DNA from: Octopus sinensis
Taxonomy: Eukaryota
Length of the DNA: 64,000 bases
NCBI RefSeq assembly: GCF_006345805.1
Contig: NC_042998.1
Span: 91,264,001 to 91,328,000 of the forward strand
Direction: 5' to 3'
A model generated the notes under the pieces. It searched no databases and was not told where the DNA came from. It saw only the letters and a list, made by a program, of their open reading frames with translations. The position numbers and the translations under genes are program-made. This document shows, one piece after another, positions 40,201 through 52,010 of this stretch. The stretch's first letter is position 1. Each line of letters opens with the position of its first letter.

Positions 40201-41837
40201 TGTCATAAGAGTGAGAAGAGAGTAACAGGTGGTTAGAGGTGGCATTAAAGGTAAACATAATGAGTGATGGTGTTACTGATGGTAAATATCAGTATGGGGT
40301 GGGGAAAGTTAAAATGATTGAAGTGACTCAAGAAGGAGGCGGCAACAAGCACTAGCACAGTAAGGGGGGAGAGCAACAGTATCATGACACTCCATCACAA
40401 ACATATAGATTAGAAAGTAGGGTAACAATGTGCAAGATGTAATTGCGGGGAGAGAGGGTGATGTACAGTGACAGAGATGGAGGTCAGAAGTACAAAAGAG
40501 TGGCTATAGTGAGTGGAACAGTAACAGTCAGTGAGGGATTTGATGGCAGATATGAGAGGGTGTTGAGAATGATAGCAGAAATTAAAGGTGTAGGAATGGC
40601 TGTGTGGTAAGTAGCTTGCTTACCAACCACATGGTTCTGGGTTCAGTCCCACTGCGTGGCACCATGAGCAAGTGTCTTCTACTATAGCCTTGGGCCGACC
40701 AAAGCCTTGTGAGTGGATTTGTTAGTCGGAAACTGAAAGAAGCCCTTCGTATATATGTATATATACATATATGTGTGTGTGTGTGAATGTTTGTGTGTCT
40801 GTGTTTGTCCCCCCAACATTGCTTGACAACCGATAATGGTGTGTTTACATCTCCGTAACTTAGCGGTTTTGGCAAAAGAGACCGATAGAATAAGTACTAG
40901 GCTTACAAAGAATAAGTCCTGATGTTGATTTGCCCGACTAAGGGTGGTGCTCCAGCATGGCCACAGTCAAATGACTGAAACAAGTAAAAGAGTAAAAGAG
41001 TATTAAAGATAAGGTGTAGTAGATCTAAGATGGAACTGAGAGGAGAGTGAGAGAGAGTGTATGTATGTATGTATGTGTACATATATGCATATGTGGTATA
41101 TATATATGTGTGTGTGTACAGCAAACATATCTCGTTATTCTATATTTGGGACCCACTTTTTTCAGGCCTCATCTAATTTCTTTACAACATTTCTTTGATT
41201 TATTCCTGCTGTTCATATTCCTTCATCAATTCAACATGTATCATATATTTCTATTACATATCATTTTCCTGCATAATTTAGCCAAAAAGTTTTAGATGAT
41301 TAATTATATACATAATTAAATAATTATAAATGCTAATTAAAAAAAAACATATCAAGTTTGATGATTACCATTTCTCACATTCACATAAATAAAACAAAAT
41401 TACAGGTAAGGGAGATAAGAGTGTATACTATTCATGCCTTTCTTATTTATTTATGTATGTATCAGCTATGTGAATTGAACTGTTTTGACTGGGAATGAAA
41501 ACTGTCAAACATATTTTATTAGCATATAAGCATTCAAGGATGAAACTTTGGTTGAGCATATGTTAGAGTAGCACTCATGTTATCATTAACCCTTTTGTTA
41601 CCATATTTAGTTTGAGAATAATGTAGCTTTTAGTAAAATAACTGTTGTTATTAAGCTGGTGTTTAGGGTGACAAACTTGCAGAATCATTAGCAAGTTGGG
41701 CAAAATGCTAGCAGCATTTCATTCATCTTCACATTCTGCATTCAAATTGACTTTGCCTTTCATCCTTTCAGGGTCAATAAAATTAGTATCAGTTGAACAC
41801 TGGAATCAATGTAATCAACTTACCCCCATCCTCGAAA

Positions 41838-42100
41838 TTTATTTCTTTATTGCCCACAAGGGGCTAATCATAGAGGGGACAAACAAGGACAGACAAAGGG
41901 ATTAAGTCGATTACATTGACCCCAGTGCGTAACTGGGGTCAATGTAATTGATGTAAAAACTGGGGTACTTAATTTATTGACCCCGAAAGGATGAAAGGTA
42001 AAGTCGACCTCAGCGGAATTTGAACTCAGAACGTAGCAGCAGACAAAATACCGCTAAGCATTTCGCCCAGCGTGCTGACATTTCTGTCAGCTCATCGCCT
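41838..42100 (-). mobile_element. tRNA-derived SINE family B (Deu/Nin-domain-like)
   Basis: The head is followed by GTCGACTTTACCTTTCATCCTTTCGGGGTCAATAAATTAAGTACC. Other copies: about 7385-7600, 14375-14560, 42502-42686 (-), 52145-52355 and 59320-59450 (-). Confidence 0.78.
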
Positions 42101-42466
42101 TAATTTCGCCCCACTCTTGAAATTGCTGGCCTTGTGCCAATGTTTGAAATCATTATAAAGTTGGCGTTTGGAATATTGAATTAGCATATATTTTTGATGG
42201 GAGTTTTGAACTTAGATCACTTTAAAACAGGGAACTTGAATCATAGAACTAGGGGCAGTGTGGTTGGGATCAAAAGGGTTAAGGAGTAAAAGCAAACCAT
42301 CTCATTATTCTATTATATTTATAAGAAAACATGAAATATCAAAAGAATAGACTTTCAGATCATTTTGTCAGTGTTGGTGTTATCATAATAAAATACACCT
42401 GCATTATATTTGTATTTCATAATTGCCACGTTTATCTAGATGTACATGTGTGTAGGTGATATATAT

Positions 42467-42501
<35 letters not shown>

Positions 42502-42686
42502 TTCTTTACAACCCACAAGGGGCTAAACACAGAGGGGACAAACAAGGACAGACAAACGGATTAAGTTGATTATATCGACCCCGAGAGGATGAAAGGCTAA
42601 GTCGACCTCGGTGGAATTTGAACCCAGGACGTAGCGGTAGACGAAATACGGCTACGCAATTCGCCCGGCGTGCTAATGATTCTACC

Positions 42687-42727
<41 letters not shown>

Positions 42728-43188
42728 CATGGCTGTGTGCATATATACGTATGTGTATATGCTTAGCTGTAGAAACACTGCTAGATCAGATCGGAGCCTG
42801 GTGCAGCCTCCTGGCTTCCCAGACCCCACTCAATCTGTCCAACCCATGCCAGCATGGAAAACAGATGTTAAATGATGATGATGATGATGATGGTGATATA
42901 TATATTTTTAATAACAGTTTGACTCAGCTCTGCATGACTTAAAGTCTCATGGGCACATAGGATATTTCCAGCTCATCAGACACTAGGAGCAGAATGAGAG
43001 TTCTGAAAGAAATTCAAGAGGCTTCTGAGTGTTTAGGCCTCTGTTGGTAGGTACAGGTCACATGATATTAATGCTATCAAAGCAACATCAGCTGCTTTCT
43101 TTATTTCTAGGCCCACATGTTCAGACAAGATGTATGTATGAATTTGTCTGTTATATAAAACCTTATATATTATTTTCTATCTAAATAG

Positions 43189-43379
43189 ATTCTGAATCGT
43201 ATTGATGAGTTGTTCACAACAATGTTTGATCTGACTGAACGCTCATTACCATTACAACCTGAAGTACGGAATAAACATCAAACTCTCAAGGATAACCTTT
43301 CAACTGATGCACAAGAAACCATTGAGATGGGTAAAGCTTTACTACAAAGACTTGCTTTGCCAATAATAGTACTGGACGA
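43189..43379 (+). CDS. SESTD1: SESTD1-like coding exon 15
   Basis: aaatag / ILNRIDELFTTMFDLTERSLPLQ...IEMGKALLQRLALPIIVLD / gtaagt. Resembles SESTD1 VGKSLLDRLTVPVV. Phase 0-2. Confidence 0.93.
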
Positions 43380-43389
43380 GTAAGTATTT

Positions 43390-43436
<47 letters not shown>

Positions 43437-44850
43437 ATACAACTTATAAACAAGGGCAAAAGAAAAAAATTTTAATGCCAAATATGCCGAAATATAGACT
43501 TATTTGTCAATAGCCATATAATTTATCACTATAAGCACGTGTCTCGAAAGCAAGCCGATAGAAATTTCTAAAAAAATTTTGTTATTATCGGATTGGTCCT
43601 AATTTCTGAGTTAATTCATTTAGAATTTTCTCGTCATCAGCGATAAATACAATAAGGAAATAAATAAGACACTTACTTGCACCCATAGAAGAAGTAAACA
43701 CTAAGTTATAAGTATACTTAAGTACCCCAAATACATCCAAAATAGAAATTCAACTGCATACTAAGAGACACGTGTGATCGAACTGAAAATTCTCATAGAA
43801 TGAGAGAGTCCGGAAGTGACTAGTATTAAAATTTATATATATATATACATAATACATATAACTGTTCCTCATTCTCCCTATATACTCTTGTTACTCCTAC
43901 CCATCCACACTTCCTGTTCTTCTGTCTCTATTCTATTCTCCTTGCACCATGAGGGTCCAGACTGGCACCTCATCACCACTATTTTATCTCTATTTCTCAC
44001 TCCCTCATCCCACCAATTACACCCATTCATTTTTCTATAATAGAAGTAACCATGTACATTCTCTATCTCTACAGCAAAAAAAAAAAAAAGAAAAAAAAAT
44101 TCTAGCCCTTCCTTTTTGCATAAAGACACCTTCTCTACTGTAACTCCATTCAGTCAAAGTAGATCATGGTCTTGCAAGTTGCATGGTAGCTTCACTAGTG
44201 TTAGTGCCACAAAAAAAAGCACCCACTCTGTAATGTAGCTGACTTTAGGAAGGACATCCGGACATCCAACTGCAGGAACCATTGGACATTTGAGCATAAT
44301 GCAATCCTCAAATTGCATTATGCTGCAATGTCCATAGATTGCATCACTGGATCCTATCAAATTGTCCAACCTATATCAGCATGGAAAATGGATGCTAAAA
44401 GATGATGATGATGATATATATATACTGAACAATTTGAGTGTTTTGTTATTATTATGGTTCAACCTTTTCTTCTTTTTTTTTCTGTTAATAAGTTAATGTG
44501 GGGAGAAGAAACAGGACCCATGACATTTGCAAGCCCTCCTAGATCAGTGAGATTGATGTAGTTTGATGCTCAGCCTGAATACTTGCAGTTCAATATCTGC
44601 AGCAAAAAAATATATAAAAAAGAATTCTTAAAAAAGTATGTGGGCAGGGAGGAAACCAGGGATGTAATCTGAATATTTGCCAAAGAAAAAACTCTGTTAT
44701 TGACAACTAAAGATCAGGTGGTTGTGTTATATTAGGCTGTAAGTTAAACCTATATGAACAAATTTCCATGGTATTTAACAAATCTTTCCTGCTGTATTTA
44801 TTAAATTGAAAGAAATTTAAACACTGTTTTACACAGGAATTAATTACTTA

Positions 44851-45816
44851 GCCTGGGCAAAGTTTAGAAAGCTCCTACCCCTACTGGCGACAAAGGGTCT
44901 CTCGCTCAGAGTGAAAGGTAGATTGTATGATGCATGTGTGTGAACTGCCATGCTTCACGGTAGTGAAACATGGGCTGTGACTGCAGAGGACATGCGTAGA
45001 CTTGAAAGATATGAAGCTAACATGATCCGCTGGATGTGTAATGTCAGTGTGCGCGCACGACAGAGTGTGAGCACCCTGAGAGAAATGCTGGACATAAAAA
45101 GCATCAGATGTGGTGTGCAAGAGCGATGCTTGCGATGGTATGGTCATGTACTGCGGATGGATGAGGAGAGATGTGTGAAGAAATGCCGCTCCCAAACAGT
45201 TGAAGGTATCAGGAGGAGAGGTAGACCCAGGAAGACATGGGATGAGGTAGTCAAGCATGACCTCAGAGGCAATGACGAAGGACCGAGATCTCTGGAGATA
45301 TGCTGCGACTGCAAAGACCCGGGCTGCTTCCTGCACCAGTTCCGCATAGCCCCTGCCCATTCAAAGTACCTTGGATTTCAGAACAACCCGCTGTGCTTGA
45401 GGAGACCTATTGAGTCAAGTACATGGACATCAAAATAAATATTAATGGAAATAGTAGTTGTGAGACCTGTGCCAGTGGCACATAAAAAGCACCATCCGAA
45501 TGTGGCCGATGCCAGCGCCGCCTTGACAGACTTCTGTGCCGGTGGCACGTAAAAAGCACCATCCGAACGTGGCACGTTAAAAGCACCAACTGATCGTGGC
45601 CGCCGCCAGACTCCCCTGGCACCTGTGTCGGTGGCACGTAAAAAGCACCCACTACACTCACAGAGTGGTTGGCGTTAGAAAGGGCATCCAGCTGTAGAAA
45701 CACTGCCAGATCAGACTGGAGCCTGGTGCAGCCTCCTGGCTTCCCAGACCCCGGTCGAACTGTCAAACCCGTGCTAGCGCGGAAAACGGACGTTAAACGA
45801 TGATGAAGATGATGAT
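44851..45816 (+). mobile_element. 5'-truncated RTE-clade LINE with (GAT)n tail
   Basis: AWAKFR.LLPLL...MLHGSETW...LRWYGHVLRM...GRPRKTWDEVV. The 3'UTR ends ...GGAAAACGGACGTTAAAC(GAT)n. The same tail recurs as short fragments (e.g. 10150-10620, 12100-12410, 39870-40087, 50764-50995). Confidence 0.93.
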
Positions 45817-46350
45817 AAGAGTGGCTGTGTGGTAAGTAGCTTGCTTACTAACCACATGGTTCTGGGTTCAGTCCCACTGTGTGGCACCTTGGGCAAGTGT
45901 CTTCTACTATAGCCTCAGGCCGACCAATGCCTTGTGAGTGGATTTGGTAGATGGAAACTGAAAGAAGCCTGTCGGATATATATATATATATAGGTGAGAA
46001 AATGTGCATGTGTATATGTTTGTGTCTGTGTTTGTCCCCCAGCATCGCTTGACAACCGATGGTGGTGTGTAACTTAGCGGTTTGGCAAAAGAGACCGATA
46101 GAATAAGTACTAGGCTTACAAAGAATAAGTCCTGGGGTCGATTTGCTCGACTAAAGGCAGTGCTCCAGCATGAATCAGTCAAATGACTGAAACAAATAAA
46201 AGAGTAAAAGAGAGAGTACTAAGGTTTATAAATCTTTGATTCTCTATTGTTGTTGTTATTATTGTGTATCCTTAAATCAGTTCTGCTCAAGCAGACCTAC
46301 AGGTCTTGTTTATAAAGACAGACAAGCTAGTTCATCCCCTGTCTAAGCAA

Positions 46351-46451
46351 CTGCTAAATTGTATTGATCAGCTGTTCACAACATTTTGATCTGACTGAAT
46401 ATTTATTACCAATACAACCTGAAATGAAAACTAAACATCACAACTGTCAAA
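46351..46451 (+). pseudogene. Decayed partial copy of SESTD1 exon 15 in intron 15
   Basis: About 80% identical by hand alignment to 43189-43290, with a 2-nt deletion and the acceptor AG changed to AA. Confidence 0.85.
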
Positions 46452-47495
46452 AAGAACATGTGGGTTGATGCTGGGCATCTTCCCTCACTTGTGGACATGG
46501 CTGTGTGGTCAAGAAGTTTACTTCCCAACTACATGGCTTCAGATTCAGTCTCATACTATGGCATATTTGGTGAGAGTTTTTCCATCCTAGCCCTAGGCTG
46601 ACTGAAGCCTTACAGGTGAATTTGTTAAACAGAAACTGAAAGAAGCCCATTGTGAGTGTTTGTGTTTCCTTGTCTTGACATTGTGCGATAATTTCAAACA
46701 AGTGTTACTGTCATACAAGTTGTGTCATTTGTTTCCAGTCTTCCAGGAAAACATGCTATTTCATGAGAAATATTACCTTGCTTGGAAATGGATATTGGTG
46801 ATTGGAAGAACATTTAGCCATAAAAAAGCTTGCCTCAATAAATTCCTAAATTTTACATATAAACAATTCTTTATGCTAGATTGAAATCACAAACTTTGTT
46901 GTAAATTGCAAAATTCAGCAGTTTTATATGCTGTGCCACTACTTCAAAATATGTTGATATACTTCTAAATTTGACGTATCAAAGCATGGAACTCATCTTA
47001 ATGATTTACATAAATACTCTATAAAAAGTGTTGATGAGTCTATTTAAGGTTACATTTTCTAATAAGTCATTCATTTTTTAACATGATAGGGTATAATTTA
47101 AGAAATATTTGTTATTTCTAGTGGTCTAAGTGAACTGTTAATCTTCTATAATCAGTTTCTATATTTCAGTTGAAATACACTGTTTTGGTTTCAGTTAGCT
47201 TTTAAAATAATGAAAAATTATTAACTTAGTGATTATTAAGCTGTTATTTGAAACATGAAATATCGATGGAAGGTTTTAATTTAAATCACTTTGAAACAGG
47301 AAGTTTGTATCATAAAAGCAGGTATGGTGTTAGGCAAGTTGGTATCAAATGGGTTAAGGCTCTTTTGGTGGTTTACAACAGTGAAATATTTAACTGCTTA
47401 TTGTAGTAAGGAATAGTAAATTATGAGGGTATTTATGTAAATCATTAAGATGAGTTCCATGCTTTGATACATTAAATTTAGAATTATATCAACAT

Positions 47496-47820
47496 ACGAG
47501 CAAAACACACCCCGTCCAATAGATGGTGCTGAGTTGTCAAGCCAGCCGGCTTTTTTTGCGCAAACTGCACATGTATTTTTCTTACATATGTGTAGTATCG
47601 ATCGCAACAGCTGATGTACTTGCACATACAAATGCACGTTCCCATGGCTTTATCGATCGCATTCTCACCTGGAATCGATTTTTGTAATTTTTTCAAGACT
47701 TATATACATGCCCTGATACCGTCGGTATCTACATATCAAATTTGAGTGCAATTGGATGGAGGATACCCGAGATCCTAGAAGACACACACACAGATAGACA
47801 GAATGGATTTTATATAATAG
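47496..47820 (+). mobile_element. Helitron/Helentron-like non-autonomous insert (325 bp)
   Basis: Absent from the inverted paralogous copy at 46857-47018, and no TSD. Ends with a CACA/GACA microsatellite and TTTTATATAATAG, like Lep1/DINE-1-type elements. Confidence 0.55.
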
Positions 47821-49305
47821 ATTTTGAAGTAGTGGCACAACATATAAACCTGCTAAATTTTGCAATTTACAACAAAGTTTGTGATTTCAATCTAACATAA
47901 AGAATTGTTTATATATAGAATATAGCATCTGGATTTGCTGAAGCATTAATTGATTGAAATACTGTAAACATCAAATAAGAGAAAGCTTACTCATTCCAGT
48001 GATCATTATTAATATATTTTAGGCTAGTCTTCCATTATATACTTCTTGTTAACATCTGCCACTTCACTTCTTATAATGCATTCTTGCTGCATATTCATAA
48101 CACCTGTGTTCTGTTATCTGATGTCTCTGATTTTCCCCTCTGTCTCCCATCTAATATTATTACACAGGCAACATATCATTATGTAATACCTCTGTTGGGT
48201 TTGTGTGTGTGTGAGTGCGTGTTCTATCTTAAGTGTTTTACAGACTTGACTAACACTATAATACATTCCCTGTACATTCAAAGAAACAACCATTTCACTG
48301 TTAGTTTTTTGAAAACAATTTTTTTTACTCAGTGTATATTGCATTACCCTCTTTCTGCTTCTGCTGCTGCTGCTGCTGACAATTTATTTAAAGAAAGGGA
48401 CTAATTAACTATTTTAAGTACAGTAAGTAGTTTAGTGGGTAAATCACATGAACTGTTAGGAGGGTAGGAAAGTATGTAGAGTTGCAGACTTGTAAAAAAA
48501 GTAAGGGAAATGGGTAGGGGTTGGGTGCAGGGGATGTATAAGGTTCTCTATTAGGGAATGGATCTGAGTGCTGGGTGTGGTTGGACATTAGGTGAAGAAT
48601 TAGGTGAGGAAAGTTTGTTGGGTAGCAGAAGTTGGTTCATGTTGGATAGTGCAAATGTTGGTGAGCAGCAGTTAAAGAGGTACTGAGTAAGGGAGGCATC
48701 ATAATGAAGTATCAGCCTGCTAAACGAAAACATATATTTAAATGGCCAAAATATTGATGAGGTCTTGTGTACTCCTGCTGACTAAACATATTGGCAGCAA
48801 AAGATTTCACTGTTGATATTTCATAATAAAGTAGAAAGTAGTTTTGGGGATAAATTATATAAACTTTTAAATCATTTCATTTGGTAAAATAAATGTTTTG
48901 GTTTAATACCATTCTTCTTCAAATTCCACCACACCTTTTCACACAACAGTTAATCATATATTATTAAATGTAGAAATTTTCATACGTAATGTTTCTAACC
49001 TAATTTATTTATGCACAATAAACATAGTTAGCGCTAATTTTTTTTTTTTTATGTAATTTAGACAATTTTCTTTTAAAATCTTTCTGTCTGATGTTAAACA
49101 AGTATTCTGCCTTTAATTCATGCTGGAATGATTTAAAAAATGAGCTTTGAATTGAATTCTGCCAACACTGACTTGAAGCTTTAAATAAATGTACTATAAA
49201 AATATTCAAGCAAATGGGGTGGGGAAAGGCTTATTTCTAAATATTTCTAATATCTTGATAAATATAACTTAAATGTTTAAATATCTTTTCATTTCAATCT
49301 TTCAG

Positions 49306-49750
49306 AAACAGTGAAAATATCATAAAAGAAGATGCCAAAGCTTCAAGTATTATTATGGCACGATTACATAAAATAGAACAATCGTTAGGTGAACTAAATG
49401 AATTATGGACTGAAATTAACTCAATTTCTTCAAATAAACCAAAGGTTTATCCAAGATCAAATGAAACTCAAAAAGCAAAACCGCAATCTCAGAGAAAACC
49501 CTCTTACCCACCACGGAAAAAGCGTGAGCAGCCTGAACAAATTTTCTCTTCTCAAAATCAGTCTTTACATAGTTCCAGGAAAAATTTTTCAAATGACAAT
49601 TATCTTAATGAGAACGTTGCAAACATAACTGATAGAGATATGCAGGGAATAATTCCTTCTGAGCCATATATGTCCTCTGTTATGACTGCACCATATGAAT
49701 TCAATAATGCAGCCCAGAAAGATGATGATCTTCTTCAAAGGTTGCATGAT
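49306..49750 (+). CDS. SESTD1: SESTD1-like coding exon 16 (last found; low-complexity C-terminal extension)
   Basis: ctttcag / (E)NSENIIKEDAKASSIIMARLHKIEQ...DDDLLQRLHD / gtaagt. Phase 2-0, 445 nt open. Read-through of the donor gives VSIV and a stop at 49765. Confidence 0.88.
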
Positions 49751-50477
49751 GTAAGTATTGTTTAAGATGGCTCAAGCATTATTAATAATATTCAAAATCA
49801 TTATTAATTCAAAGCCAATCACCATCCTCTTTCTTTCTATCTCTCTTCCTTCTCTTTATATCAGCAAGCTGACACATACACTATCAAAGTGTTTTTATAT
49901 CTTCCAAAGCAATTAATCTGCACCTTCATAATATAAATCTAACCCTTTTGGCTAATACTTATATGTATTACACAATAAATAGCTCCTTAATGCTTTCACT
50001 TGAGGGTGTAAATAGGAAAATAATAATAAAAAAACACATTAACACATTATATAAGCATTACTAAATACTAATATTACTAAAATTTATTTCATATATGTCA
50101 GTCTTAATTTTCCATGTATATAACACATTAGGATATTTTGAAAATTCATTTTAATTCTTTGCTATTGATGACTGGTGAGATTTTGACAGCAATTTGTTTT
50201 AGTTCTTCTATATTGAATGATATACATTTTTATTTTACTTACGGAAGAATTAATTTCTAAATTCAAAGCAATGTTACTATACTTTAATTTAGAAGAGGAT
50301 TTTTAGTTTTCAAGATAGAGATATTTTATTTAAGATGCCTATTATTAGACACTTAAAACAACAGATGTTTCATATATATATATATTATATATATATATAT
50401 ATAGATAGATAGATAGATAGATAGAAAGATATCTGTGTGTGTGTATATGTATATATGTATATATATATATATATATA

Positions 50478-50542
<65 letters not shown>

Positions 50543-51770
50543 TATATATATTTTTTTTTTTTCATGTTGTTTACGTTTTGTGTCGTCCTGTACCCATTTA
50601 TGCATATATATATACATATATATGTCAGTATGTACATATATGTATGTATATATGCCTATATATATATTTTATATGATTGAATGCCAAGCATCCATTTCCA
50701 ATAAGTTATATATATATATATTATATATATATATATATATGTATATATATAGATATATAGATATATCATCATCATCATCATCGTTTAGCGTCCGCTTTCC
50801 ATGCTAGCATGGGTTGGATGGTTCAACTGGGGTCTGGGAAGCCAGAAGGCTGCACCAGGCCCAGTCTGATCTAGCAGTGTTTTTACAGCTGGATGCCCTT
50901 CCTAACGCCAACCACTCCGTGAGTGTAGTGGGTGCTTTTTATGTGCCACCGGCACGGAGGCCAGTCAGGGCGGTACTGGCTACGGCCATGCTCGGATATA
51001 TATACACACATATATATATATACATATACACATATATATGTATACATATGTTAATTATAAATAGCATCACTATCATACAAAGCAGAGTCCCTCGTTTCCC
51101 ATCATCTGTGAAAGCATGTCCATCCATTGGGAAGTATTACCTTGCTTGGAAGCTAGTGAGAGTTGGTGAAAGGAATTGTATCCAGCCATAGAAAAATCTG
51201 CCTTTATGAATTCTGACTGAACTCATACAGTCATGGAAAAGTGGACATTAAAACAATGAAGATGATCATGATATATATATGTCTGTGTCTGTCTGTCTGT
51301 CTGTATATGTTTGTCAGCCTGTCTATACGTATGTATGTATGTATGTATTGTAAAGTACAATTGAAATTATTCTAAATTGGTATGCTTTTGTGAGATGAGT
51401 TTCTGACATTTCAGATAAAGCCCTGTTTTGGGCAATGGGTTATGTATTTTTATATATATTTTTTTTCATGAGAGATTTCACACAGAAGAGAATGACTGAA
51501 GGTACTAGATGTGCATGCCGAGTAGGTAATTGGTTGGAGTGAGAAAAGGGGGTAGGAAAGAGACCGGGAGAGAATTGGAGTGATGGTGAGATAGAGAGGG
51601 AATACGATATAACAGAAGAGGATAGTAAAAAAGAAAGGAACAATTTCTAAAAACTATTTCATATATATATATAGACCGTTTCATATATATATATATATAG
51701 ATCGTTTGTAAAAACATAAATCTGAAAGAAGAAGCACACTCTAAGATGTAGAGCAGTATATATTAAGACG

Positions 51771-52010
51771 GGAAGGCCGGTTTATGCGATTACCTTCGAT
51801 TTCTTGTCCATAAAGGGTTTAGCTTTATGGCGTACCGTCAGATCCCAAAAATCTGTTGGCCCATGAACTCTTAAAAATATGGAAACATTTCCCTACTGCA
51901 TATTTTTAACAGGGCATCGGCCAACAGGTTTTGGGGATCTGACGATACACCATAAAGCTAAACCCTTTATGGAAAGGGTATCTAAAGTAATCCCATAAAC
52001 TGGCGTTTCC
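51771..52010. repeat. Fold-back element: about 105-bp inverted arms with a short spacer
   Basis: CCATAAAGGGTTTAGCTTTATGGCGTACCGTCAGATCCC..CTGTTGGCC recurs as its reverse complement at about 51920-51972. The arms extend outward to 51771 and 52010. Confidence 0.85.

Noticed and set aside
44950-45438. 162-aa ORF (and the antisense 159-aa ORF) as a host gene
   Set aside because: It is the C-terminal part of an RTE reverse transcriptase; the end is shifted by a deletion.
45465-45655. CRISPR-like repeat-spacer pattern
   Set aside because: The spacers are related to each other, the context is a eukaryotic LINE 3'UTR, and there are no cas genes.
50345-50807. Several 80-120 aa Y/I-rich ORFs
   Set aside because: They are translations of TA microsatellites.
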